A stretch of DNA of 64,000 nucleotides from Epiperipatus broadwayi (taxonomy: Eukaryota; Animalia; Onychophora). Location: the NCBI GenBank assembly GCA_028023455.1, contig JAQFVV010000007.1, positions 6,386,001 to 6,450,000 on the forward strand. Direction: 5' to 3'. Each line of letters opens with the position of its first letter. Position 1 is the first letter of the stretch. Of the stretch, positions 37,935 through 50,651 are shown piece by piece. The position numbers and the translations under genes were made by a program. A model generated the notes under the pieces. It had not been told where the DNA came from. It ran no database searches and was given only the letters and a program-made list of their open reading frames with translations.

Positions 37935-40900
37935 TTTGGGGAGGGGTTCCTAACAGAGATATTTTAAGTGCTGGCTCTGGATAGGCATTTATCATAAAGC
38001 TTGTAGAGGAATTGGCAATCCTCACTGTTTATAACTTACAAGCTTAAGAGATAGGATCATGTGATCTATGAATTGGATCTATGACTCTTATTTTGACATT
38101 ATAATACTGGTTGTTAAATTGTAGATAGCAAGTATATTGCATAAATACGGCAACTTTTAATAACATTTAGTAAAAACTGCAAGTCAGTAATGTAAAACAC
38201 TACTTATTATAAAATTCAATGGGCAAATGCATGCTTCATGTACTACTTTCTCCCGATGTGTTCTAAACAAGAACATTTTAAAAAGAGTTTATAAGATTTT
38301 GTGATAATAGTCATTGGAGATAACTATGAAAATATAATATATGCTATGATATTTCATTTGTAACCCATAATTGAGATACGCTAGTGACTTGAAATGGCTG
38401 TCGTAAATAGATAAATATGTAATATATGCATTGATTTAGAGATGGCACTGCAGTAGCTTAAAGTCAGAATAAATCACCTTGTTACTGGGACACCCAAATG
38501 TACATCAGGTTGTCATTCTTTGATCAAGAAAAAAAATTTACATGGGTCAATATAATTTGTAAAAGACTTACTATGAAAATGTAAAGTGTTTATATTCAGC
38601 TTTATTTAATATTTATATTTTGGAAACATTGGAATAATAAGTGCTTTAATTTTCTTTTCATATATCTTTCAAAAATATAGTTTTAAGTACATCTAAGAAA
38701 AAAATACATATGGTAAAAAAGAAGTGAATTTTAATTATATCATGTGATTATGTTTAATTAAAAGCAGATATATAAATCTTAACTGAGGATTAAATGTTAC
38801 ATTAATAATATCTAGCCTAGTAAATAATTGGTAATAATCTTTAATGTATTTATCTAAAGTGGGTGATGTCAAAGTTGTGAATGCAGAAAGTTTGACACTT
38901 GTAAATCAAACTGTAACAATTTGCCCATTGATAGATACTAATTAAATGATGAAGATGTATAAAAAGATTGTTGCCTGAGTCACCTGAAGAGTACTGGCTC
39001 AATAGTATGAATTGTATCTTGGAGTCATTTATCTTTTTTCCAGAAGTCTTTGTTTATATATTTCAAGAATTTGTGGCATGGAAAATTTAAACATAAGTAT
39101 GCATACTTATGGGCTTTGATGTTCAAATGTCACATGATTTTCCATGTAGCTATATATATATATAACTTTTTATGTTTGTCTAAACAGTTTAACTAATGGT
39201 AACACTAAGAGACTTCTTTCAATCTGAGGTAAAACAAAAAGTATCGCTTTGGACAGTTGCATGGCTCTCAACCAGCCACATTGATTTGAGCGACAGGTGA
39301 TCTTCTGATACCAAATATGTTATTTTATATATTTTTACAAATAAAAAAATAATGATAAACTGCTATCTTTTTTTTAATACAAATATTTATATACGTAAGA
39401 TTTTATTTTATTTAAATGTTTAAAAAGATATATGTCAAAACAATCTGTTAATTTCTGTAAAATGAGAAAATAAAAAAAAGTTTCAAACATTTTTCATTTC
39501 ATTTACTTTCCCATCAGCTGAAAACAGTCTTCTTTGAACCCACATCCAGGTAAAACAGATGTGACAAAAAGAATTATACAAAGGCTTCAAAAAACATCTG
39601 TCAGCCAGTTAAGAGCTCTTCCAGTAGAACAAATTGTTTGAATATTATAAACTATTTTCAAGAACTAATTAATAAATAAATAAAAAACATCAAAATCTTG
39701 TAACAGAAGACAAGTTTTAAAATATAGCTGGGTGGGTTTTACTAGAGTTACTGTACTATTTAACAAAAAATAATAATTATTGGTTTGTTGTTCAAAATAC
39801 AATCACAATTTAGAAAATTTAATTTCAAATTAGAGCGTGTATATGGATATATATTTACACATACATACATACACGGTGTATTCCGATGAAAAGATGACCG
39901 GTCCTACCTCTGAGCATCCTACTACATTTATAAATCAATGCATGGATCACGTAGCAACATAGTATAGCTATTGATAACAAAAACTTTAAGGCATTAGATT
40001 TATATCACGAAATAAAGCATGAAATGTGACACTGTGTTTCCTATCTTCAAGGATTGTATTCAATACTTTTCCTATTATCACAAAATGTTTCAAACCACTT
40101 GAAAATGTTTTTTAACTCATAGTTTCAATGTCATGTATAAATTGAATAATTTCAAATATTTCAGCAGCAATTTTACTCAATTTAAAGCAGACTATTAGTA
40201 CATTGTTCCATCATGGATGAAGATAGTAAACATATTATCACATTTCATGCATAAATCTTAACATCAACATATTAGCACCTTACAATAAATATCTAAACCT
40301 GTGTTGCTTCAGAAATGTCACTGCAGGTAGTTTAAACAGAGAAGCCACAGTCACCATTTTTACTGGAATATGCTGCAGTATTTTGTGATTATTTTAAATT
40401 TTAAAATATTTGTTTTTATTTTTACTGTGAGGTGTAGAATTCCATCACACTCCACAGCTTCAAAATATACACCATAAATGAAACAACTAATTGGCAATAA
40501 ATAAATAGAGAATTTGTTTTAGCGAAACACCATTTGTACAAAGAATTATTTTCTACTTCACTGTTACTGCACCTGTTTCATTTTTATATTTGCAACAATT
40601 GTACGAAAATCAGTTCTAACTCACATATTAACTAAATTTCAGCTATGACTGATTGTTACTTAATTAAATTGCTGTCATATATATATATATATTTCAGAAA
40701 TATACACACATTATTTTTATGCATATAGTCAAAGACTAAAAGCTATAAAAATAAATATTAATACGCAAACTACATGACACAAAACATAATACATCAATTA
40801 TTGGCCAGGTTGTTTAACTACAAAGTGGGCAATATTTGATGGTCCATGCTTCAATTTTTTCACCTCTAAATTTTCATGGTTATACAGTTTGACACTTCTA

Positions 40901-42816
40901 TTCAATTTTTGCATGAAATACCAGATGGTAGAGATAAATAATATTTCACATTATCGGATTTTTTAAAAAAATAGTATATTATTATACTATTGAAAAACAA
41001 ACTTTAAATTTAAATATTATTTATATGAGACTTCTGTTTTGCTCTCATCAGACTTTTAATGTTTGGAATTCAGCGGAATATTTTTCAAACTCGGATGAGA
41101 CATTACCTTATTTTATTTTTTTATCATGAAAATAATTGTTGTAAAGAATAAAACTATAAGGCTTACAAAAAATAAACAATTACATGTTTAAAAGTAAAAA
41201 CAATTACAAACTTGCTCTGAATTAATTCTCAAAGTTAGATAAGTATGTAATTACATACTGAACGCTGAACTTTTTTTTCACTCACTAAATTTTAATTTTT
41301 GTTATAATATTTTTTTTTTTTTGATTATTACTAAAAATGTTTTTATTATTATTATAACACTACTTTATAAGATCTAGTCTTTTTATTTTTATAATCAAGA
41401 ATTCAATTCACCAAAATTAATGTGCCAAGTTTGATGCATACACTACAATTTGGCCATCCCTAGTTTAATCTAATCACTGTAGATAATCCATTTCGCAAGT
41501 GCTTAAATATTAGATGACTATTGATAGATAATGTTTTAATTTATCACAGATTTTACTACAGGTTTTGGAGTTTAACACACTCTTAATTATTTTCCAATCA
41601 TCTCAATCATATATAATTTTACATTATTGTATAATCCTTTTTTATTAAAGATACAGTTTGCAAAAATCTATTGTTTTACATATATAGTGGTATAAATTCC
41701 CACACAATATAATAAATCCAAATTCAATTTTATGCATTTTCATAAAAAATATGATAAACAAAATATTATTTTATGCATTTTCAAAAAGATATGATAAGTG
41801 TAAACTTAATTTTTTTGCCATGTTGCATGATCTTATATCTGGTTCAAAAACTAAAATTATCTGACACATTTATAGCCTTTCCTAAGCAATAATTTTATCA
41901 CATTACATGAACATGTGAAAACATTTGAAATAGTTAAAAGTGTATAGAAATGAAGCTGTGAGTCACAATATTTTTTTCAAGTGGTTTACAAAATGTTATG
42001 GTGGCAGGGGAATATTGAAAATGATTCACAGAATCAAAATTATATTGCCACACAGGTTGAAATTTTTGTTTCAAATATGCTAGCATCTTAAAAATTTGTG
42101 TTAAATAGCTAAGCTATGTCATTATGCAACACATATGTTGACTCAGAGCTGATGTGAAAGGAAGTTTGAAGAGAAAACCAGTTTCCTTTTTAATGCCCTG
42201 TATATTTATAAAATATTTATAGAGATGAGTAAAAAAAAAAAAAGCATTTTCAATTAGTTTTTTTTACATAATTCATTAAATACAATATTAATATACTATA
42301 AATCTTGCCATTAGTTTATTAAAATTATAATATTTTAAAAATCTACAATGTACTTCAGTTATGCACTTTCATAACATGAGCTTTTAGTACAGATTCCCCT
42401 TGAGGTTTCATGCTAGAAAATAAATAATTACATTCATCAACATAATATGTTAAATGCATCGAAAGAACTCACTGCAGTCATCATGGTCATGTAGTATTTG
42501 AGAACAAATTTCAGTATATATCTGATTAACAACTTGGTAATGAATAATACTAGGGAAGTAATTCTTAATATCATTAGCAACCCATGGAAGCTTAGCCTTT
42601 GAAACAATTTTAAGTTAGATGTATAAATAAATCAAATATATCTACATAATATGCTTCATTCTTAAAATGTGAATCATTCTTCATCCAAATAGAACAACTT
42701 GTAGTTTGCCTGTATCATTATTATGAGTTTTAATTTCCTCATATATTTGCTTATGTAATTTAAATTTATTCTATTGTGTATATGTTAATATTTATATATA
42801 AAGCTTGAAAATCAGT

Positions 42817-42972
42817 TCTTAACAAGCTTTGTGGAATATCCTCAACCCTAAACCAGTCTGGAGTTGGGGATATTCTGCAAAGCTTGTTAAGAGCTTATTT
42901 GCGAGTGCTTCATATAACATTTGTCATACAAGGTTGTTAAATTAGCTCATGTGATACATGACTTGATTTCTT
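42817..42972. mobile_element. Collapsed family C remnant, reverse orientation
   Basis: Arms 42817-42848 / 42862-42893; only aaaccagtctgg of the HHR remains; the tail is the reverse complement of 27590-27660. Confidence 0.7.
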
Positions 42973-45900
42973 TGTAATGTTAATATTTATATATAATTTG
43001 TTATTGATAAAGATTTTTTAATATAAAAAAAAGATTTTAGTAATAATTCGAAAAATCAGTCAAATATGTCAGTCAAATATGACTGACATATTTCATTTTC
43101 TTGTTTAAAATACTGACTAGTGTATAAAGAAATCCATCATTTCCATTCTTAAAATTTTGTAAAAGTTAGAAATTACATTTGTTTTTATATAGAATAACTA
43201 CTGTAGGTCTTTAAAAATAAAGTTTGAGTAATTGTAGCTTAAGTAGAATCATTGCACTATAAAACATTGCATCCTCAGGTTGTTAATTTGCATGTAGTTA
43301 TTAAATTGCATTTATTTCTTTATCTGTTTTACATATTAATTTACTTACAGTATTTTGTTTATTGACATTTTAAAATAAATGTTTATTCAAAATTAAATTA
43401 ATATTACTTACGTATCATAATAATATGGAGTTCATTAACCCTTTAACTAGCGGTTGTTCATTTTGTTTTCCCCTAATCGCTGTTTAAGTTTATTCAATAT
43501 CTTATTTTAGACTTAAACATTTATTATATATTAAAATTCAATAATTTGTAAGAATATATACATTTACAAATGAATAACTTTCTTAAAAAATCATATAAAG
43601 TGAAATATATAATAAGAACAATAATCCCTTTTCACTGGTTGATTGCTGCAATGCTCATTATAATAATAAATTAATGAAGTCAGTATTAATTAATTTATAA
43701 AAGCTGAATGAAATATTGTTAAGTTATAATAAAGCTAAGAAATTCTGTTCTAAAATTTAAAATTGCATTTATAATTATTAAAATATCACAAAGTTTCATT
43801 GGATGTCATTTGGAAAAGTGTTATTGTTTGTAACCTCATTTTTTACCATTTCTAAAATAAAATATATTCAAATAAAATCTAAGTGTATTCATAAAATATT
43901 TTGTAAATATATTGTGAATATTTTAAAAAATTATAGATAAATACACAATTTTTTTACTTATACCACAATAGGCAGAAGTTCACAGGTAGTTTTGCAAATA
44001 CTCCAAATCCTGACAACAAAAATTTTATTAATCAATGAAATTATCCACTCATTTGTAGCACTTTTTTTGTAAAATACTGATGTCTTCAGATTTTTTTAAA
44101 ATTAATAAATCATTATATATTTTAGTTCTAATTTTTTATCATTAAACAAATGCAAAATAATTAAAATACCACTACAAGTAGCTGTAGAAGCATGAATGAA
44201 AGCTAAAGCTATCACCAATGTGGTCCCACACAAATTATTGTGTATTAGATGGATAGATACAAGTTTTTTTGGAAAGTTAATAAATAATTGAAAAGACAAT
44301 GAATGTATGGTATTGGATTTGTTGTGAAGTTTAATTTAATATCTTCTATTGTTGGAATTCCCAATTGTTTTAATGGTGTTAAAATTCACTCTGCACAATG
44401 AGACTTGTGCTCATTTTGTTAGTAACTTTGTTCTAACCTTAGATTCAAAAAATTCAGGAAAGGACACTTCTAATTATTATTCAATAGCATTATTATATCG
44501 ACTCCATTCAAAGCAAATTTTTCGTTTTGGAGACTTTAATACACATGTTGGTACAGATCGTAGACATTGGCCAAACATTATTGAAAATAATGGTGTTGGT
44601 GCTGCAAATTCATATGGTTTACTATTATCAATTTATGCACAATACATGGGTTGACTATCACAAGCTCTTTGTTTGACAGAAAAACTGCTATAAAAAACAT
44701 GGATGCAGCCACATTCAAATAATGATATTTAATAGATTACATTAGAGTTTTCAGCCAGAATACAAAAGAAGTTCACATTACATGAGAACTTACAAGCAAA
44801 GATTGTTTAAAATGATAGATGAATTAAACAATAGATATTATTTTCATCATATTCACAGACAAATTGATGCTTGTTTTTCAGTAGAAATTATTATAAGTAC
44901 TAAATTTCAACAGCTATTAAACATTAAAATTGCTAATTTGGTTTTTCAAGACTGTCATATTATTAAAGCATGGAATTCTCTTAAGGAATACATTATGGGT
45001 ACAAAAAAATGTATTCTTGATTCATTAAAAAAATCATATTTTTTTAATAATGATTTTATTATGTGGTTTAATTAAATGAAAACATGTGACCTTTTCTGTT
45101 ATGGACAGTAATAGAATAAATGTGGATTTTTGTAAGAAATATGAAAATCCGAAGGCAGAAGTTTAATGACTGTCATGATGACTTTAAAATAATTGGTGGA
45201 TTAAAACTGTAAAGAAGATACAAACATTGGCTGATCATGGTCATTCTATCTTGGATCTTGTTAAATCCAGAAATGGCAGTTTTGTATATGTGGCAATGAT
45301 ATTTGGAACAGGTGGAAGGAGTGTTTTAATTATCATTTGAATAGTAATACAAAAATTAAGATGACAACTTTTAACAATATATCCATTTTGTCTAAATTTA
45401 GATTTGGACAAAGATATCCAGCTTAATGAAGTCGAAGTCAAAACATCTGTTTGTAACATTAAAAATGGTAAGACTATGGGTTCTGATAAAATATTTGGAA
45501 AAGTTTTAAAATATGGTGGTGATACATTATTGGACTTTTTAAAGAAATATATGGACCTGTGAAGTTGTGACACCTGAATGCTAAAGACTGCTCTTATTAT
45601 TCCAATTTTTAAAAATAAGAGGGTTAGGATTGCAGTTATTATTGTGGAATATCATTATTACTAACTCAAGCAAAGATACTTTCAAGAATTTTGTTGAATA
45701 GTTTGCTTTTAGTTATTGACGAGTGGTTACTAAAGTCTCAATGTCATTTTTGAGAATTAAGAACCACTAGAGATATAATTTTTGTGTCAGAAAAATACAA
45801 GAAAAATGTAAAAATGAGAGAATACATTCTTTTATTGATTTAGTCAAAGCATTTGATTCAGTAAATAGGACAGGTCTATGTCATTGCTTGAAATTAATTG

Positions 45901-46479
45901 GTTGTTCCCCAAAATTTATTCATTATACAGCTTCTACATGATAGAATGAGAGGAAGTGTTATGACTACAGGTGAAATATCTGAGGTGATTGAAATGAAAA
46001 AAACAAGGATGTGTACTTTCTCTATCATTGATTTTAATTTTTATGACGATAGTCTTTGGAATTATTTATAGATGGTTTAATCAAACAGAGATCAAGATAG
46101 AATACAAATCAATTAAGAGTAAAAACAATAACTTTTTCCTGGATTTTAGATTTACAAAATGCTGATGATTATTCTATTTTTTCTAGTTCAAAAGAAGATA
46201 TCTGGAATATTCTTAAAGTTTTAATTGCAACATATAAAGACATCATTTTATTGATTAATGTTCAAACAACTCAAGTTTTTTATCACAAGTGATAGAAGAA
46301 AAATCATTAGCAACTTTTAACTTGGATGATTCACCACATAATCACTATTTTTTATGTTTACAGAAGCTGTTTATCACAAAGGCAAAACTCTCCATATAGT
46401 AATGCCACTCAGTGCAAACCAGAATAATCAATGGATGCAGGAAGAGAAACTTCCTATCTAGTTCCTACTCAGCCAATAT

Positions 46480-46519
46480 CCCCAGACTAGTTTCTAGCTT
46501 GTGGCTTTCATCAGTGAGG
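46480..46519 (-). ncRNA. Family A hammerhead, intact core
   Basis: CCUCA CUGAUGA AAGC CACAA GCUA GAAAC UA GUC UGGGG. Confidence 0.85.
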
Positions 46520-46550
46520 ATCTAGGTGTAGTGCTCTCAGATCTAAGGCT

Positions 46551-46590
46551 CCTCACTGATGAAAGCCACAAGCTAGAAACTAGTCTGTGG
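46551..46590 (+). ncRNA. Family A hammerhead, intact core
   Basis: CCUCA CUGAUGA AAGC CACAA GCUA GAAAC UA GUC UGUGG. Confidence 0.85.
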
Positions 46591-46869
46591 ATATTGGATA
46601 AGTAGGCACTAGATAGGAATTTTATGCACAAATCTTCCTGCATCCATTGATTACTTTGTCTTGCACCTTATTGTATGAAGTGTTTTGCCTCTATGAAAAA
46701 CTTGGATGATTATTGGTGTGAAAATGTAAACCAATTTTAAATATCTTGGTAGTTTTTATAAGTAGAAAGGTGGGCTTAGATGTTGAGATCCATCACAGAC
46801 TACAATATGCTGCTTTTAACAAGTTAAAAGATAGAGTATTTCATCACAAGAAAATAACTACTGTAATTA

Positions 46870-47060
46870 AATTAGTTAAAACAGGCAAAACTCACTATAC
46901 GTATGCCACACACAGCAAGCTAAAGTAATCAATGGATGCCAGAAAGCTTGTGCATAAAATCCCCATCTAGTGCCTACTCATCCAATATCCACCAACTAGT
47001 TTCTGGCTTGTGGCCTTCATCAGTGAGAAGCCTTGGATCTGAGAGCACTGCATCTAGATG
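46870..47060 (-). mobile_element. Single-arm family A copy with HHR at 46989-47028
   Basis: Minus strand UCUCA CUGAUGA AGGC CACAA GCCA GAAAC UA GUU GGUGG, plus an inverted copy of the family spacer. Confidence 0.75.
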
Positions 47061-47541
47061 TTAGGATCTAATACAACCCTCCAGCAACCACCTTTTATCT
47101 CATTTAACTACAAAACTATGAGTCTTAAACTGAAAACATCTTAATGTTTCCAATTTAAGCCCATCAGCTTATATAGTTATATGGGTCTGAACTCAGTTCA
47201 GTTCCCATACATTTTGGTGTCTTTGGTTCTTTAATAACCACAGCCATCAATATCCTATTAGGCAGGATTGGTGGTCATGTGATGTTTATTGGCTTAATTA
47301 AATTAGCTGTGTATAGAGTTATTTTACCCTATTTATTGTATAGAAATGAAACTTGGACACTCTGTTGACACAATACAACAACATTAAAAATGTTTCATTT
47401 AAGGATGATGAGTAAAATTTTAAAAGTACAATGGTAAGATTATAAAACCAATCCTATCTTCGGCTTGCTAGAAATGATATTAAAATTTCTTTCCACTTCT
47501 CCTTTTTATTTGCATTACTGAAATATATATAATATATTTTT

Positions 47542-47702
47542 TACTCCAAAATTTACACTTCACTATGCACTTTTAATATATAATTTATTTTATCTTCTCT
47601 TGCCTACAGTTTCAACTGTCCAGCACAATTGAAACTGTAGGCAAGAGGAGATAAAATAAATCATATATTAAAAGTGCATTGTGAAGTGTAAATTGTGGAG
47701 TA
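47542..47702. repeat. Foldback hairpin, ~76-bp arms with ~8-nt loop
   Basis: tactccaaaatttacac..cagtttcaact / aattgaaactgtagg..gtggagta. Confidence 0.85.
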
Positions 47703-49309
47703 TAAAGTATAATGATATCGGGTCCACTATTGTAAAAGCATACCTTCATTGGATTAGACATGTAAAATGAATGAACAACGCAAAGCTTCCTAAAGTGTAT
47801 TTTATGCTGAACTTAAGAATAATTTCGAGGAAGAGGAAGACACCATTGAGAAGACATGATAAATAATTGGAAATTTACAATTAGCAATGGTGTTGAAGTA
47901 CAGCATTTCAGAAAATTTTCTGCTGAAAAAATTAAAAGACCTTATCATCGTAAAATATCAATAAACAGAAAAATGGACCAGCATGTTCTTGCGAACTCAT
48001 GTCTAGATAAGTTTTATTTCTTCTTCCTTTTTCTTTCTTTTTAGAGTTAGAATGGCTATACTCGTTTATGAATTAAGTCTAAAATTGTCATTGTAAAATA
48101 AAATGTTAAAAGTTTGAAAAACAATGATAATGATGAAACTGGAGATCATAAAAAATTGAGTGCTCCTTTATAGTCTTATAGGTATTAGAAGCTACTGAAG
48201 GAAAAGAAAATTAAGTTTTCCATCTACATACGAATATTTTCAGCTATGACCAAATATATTCTTTTGTAATCATTAATTTATTTTAAACTTATTTATAACC
48301 TTGTGATTTGTATCATTATTTTCTAGATACGTCTAATATAATGATTGGTAAACTTTTTTATGACAGTAATTTTAATCTTTGATAAAAATCACATTTTTCA
48401 TTATCACTCTAACCAATATTGTAAACCTTTTTACTCTTCATCTATTTATTCTGAAATAATCCTACAAACATTTATAACATTTTTATAACCTTTAAAATGT
48501 CATTTGTAAAATCCATTAATTTTCAAATAAAAGAGAAAAAGATTTATTTTAAATTCAATTTCGATTAGCTTATTAAATAAACAAACACACACACACACAC
48601 CTTTCTCTTAACCCTTTTATTTCGGATTATTAGTTTTTAAAAGTTTACTAAAGACATCCCTTAAACCTTTCAAATATAAATTAACATTATAAGAACAAAT
48701 TTACAATTTTTGTTAATTTTGGGGGGTAAAATCTAAACGTATATATTATAGGCAGCCCATATTTATACAAACCAGACATAAGCAATTCCAGTCAAATCTA
48801 AGCATATTACACTACAACAGTCCCGTACTTCTATAAACCAAACTTAAGAATTCCCGAGAAAATTTCTAAGTAATATATAGTGTAGGCAGCCCTGTACTTA
48901 TAATAACCAAATTTTAAAAAAAAATCTATATTTATTTATTAATCTTTTCCTGACATATATAATGTTTAAAAATGAATATAAATATTCAGATCTCAGTTAT
49001 TATAGGTTTAATGCTCTAGGAACTCATCTTGGTAACGTTCGTAAAAATTCACTTTAAACAAGAAGTTGTAGAATTAATAAAATATTGCATGACTTTATTT
49101 TATTTATTACTCTTCCAGTGGCAGGTTATTTTTTACACTGCTATGCCACCTATTAGTTATTAAAGCCTACAGTAGGTAGCATAAAAGGTGAAGAAAAAAC
49201 TGCCACAGAATTGTAGAATATTTAACTTTTATAAGGAAAAAACAGCATGTATTATACATGCAATTTATCTGTACATCTAATTTATCATCTAATTATTTAA
49301 ATCATCAGA

Positions 49310-49770
49310 AAAAATACATATATTAAAATATAGTGATGTAAAGTCTGCCCATCCCTCATATGTGCATGTAAATGGATTATGTCCTGTACATGAGGGGTCA
49401 GAGTGACTTATGATCAACATGGGTAGGATGAGAAAGTTGGCACCAATGTGGGGTTTGAGCATTCCATCATCAAATTTTCAATGAAATGGATGGCTGTAAG
49501 AGTTGTGGGGTGGAGTGGATTGAAGCATGTCCATTAAAGTATGAAGATTGGCTATCTTAATATAAGATGAGCATTGATTGTATATATGTGTGGAGATGAT
49601 AATCTGGACCAACTGATGAGTGCTGGCTTCTTTATCTTTTTGACATGTGTGTGATCAAGTGCATCTGCAGTATAAAATAGCATGGGTAGTTGAGGGTCAT
49701 GTGAAAGTCTGAGTTCAAACCCTATATATTACATATTAGGGTGCAGGTATGAAAAAGCCTGTACTGTAGA
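49310..49770 (+). mobile_element. Family D monomer with 3' half of the HHR deleted
   Basis: Colinear with 36350-36830; ggaccaaCTGATGAgtgctgg is followed by a deletion. Confidence 0.75.
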
Positions 49771-50261
49771 AAAAATTTATATATTAAATCCTTTTAATAT
49801 TTTTCTAATTCTTAATGGATATCTACTAACATCACTTTTTAAAATTATGGAGTAAACTTTTTTTTTAATCATTTGATCGATTATATATATTCTATCACGC
49901 TAAAAAATCTTAGAATTTAATATCTATTTCATATGGGAGCCAGTAATGACAAATGTTGCTGCTCTAGTATTTCTGGGTCAATAATTGCTTTATTTCCAGA
50001 ACAATAAAATTTTGTTATCATTATTTAAGCAGGCATCCTAGATATAGAAATTCTGCAACAGCAACATTAAAAAAATCAAATGGTTTAATGCTCAGGAATT
50101 TATAAGTTTAAACATAGTAAGTAACATATTCTAAAGAATGTTTATCAAAATAGCACTCATTACATTTTATAGTAATAGAAAGATAATTTAACTTTGAGAA
50201 AAGTGTATGATAGAGTTGTGATAATATATGCACTATTTCCAATCAATAAATGTTAAATGAC

Positions 50262-50498
50262 TAAACATCACATGATCACCATCTCTTATGCTAGCACATT
50301 AAACAGGCAAAACTACAGTAGTGCCACCCTGTGCCAACCAGAGTAATCAATGGATGCCACAAGCCAGAAACTAGTCTGGGGATATTGGATGAGTAGGCAG
50401 TAGATAAGGATTTTATGCACAAGCCTTCTGGCATCCATTGATTACTCTGGTTGGCACTTGGGTGACACTACTGTATGGAGAGTTTTGCCTGTTTAATA
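50262..50498. mobile_element. Family A element with internal deletion
   Basis: Arms ~50298-50358 / 50428-50496; only caagccagaaactagtctgggg of the HHR remains. Confidence 0.8.
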
Positions 50499-50591
50499 AA
50501 TGTTTAGAAAATTTTAAACTTTATTTAAACTTTTCAAATACAAACAACCTGTTAGTAATAATACATAAAGAGATAACCCAGGTTAGTAATT

Positions 50592-50636
50592 ACACAACAT
50601 TTTGAGTAGTAGTATTCTCATCTCTTCTTCAAGTGT
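50592..50636 (-). ncRNA. PLE-tail hammerhead, decayed
   Basis: ACAC UUGAAGA AGAG..CUC AAAAU GUU GUGU. Confidence 0.5.
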
Positions 50637-50651
50637 TGCTGGCATGATCAG

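Larger units (their letters stand above)
37366..38031. mobile_element. Family B head-to-head palindromic double-HHR element (~300-bp arms, 66-bp spacer)
   Basis: 37366-37667 pairs with 37734-38031 at high identity; tail motif gatcatgtgatc at 38055. Confidence 0.9.
46332..46711. mobile_element. Family A palindromic double-HHR insertion with 13-bp TSD
   Basis: aacttggatgatt at 46319-46331 and 46699-46711; arms 46380-46519 / 46551-46690. Confidence 0.85.
44490..47900 (+). mobile_element. RTE LINE (APE endonuclease and RT), decayed and interrupted by insertions
   Basis: GDFNTHVGTD..GVGAANSYGLLL, TWMQPHS, IDLVKAFDSVNR, ADD, FKYLGS, and WIRHV..YAELK..RGRG motifs in order. Confidence 0.85.

Noticed and set aside
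39200-40400. Slightly GC-richer islands as possible host exons
   Set aside because: No consistent reading frame, splice pattern or recognisable protein.
43062-43093. Perfect 14-bp hairpin aaatatgtcagtca/tgactgacatattt
   Set aside because: Short, adjacent to a local duplication, and explainable by template switching; no family links.
43435-43460. TTAA|CCCTTT piggyBac-like terminus (also at ~48608)
   Set aside because: No matching opposite terminus or transposase was found by eye.
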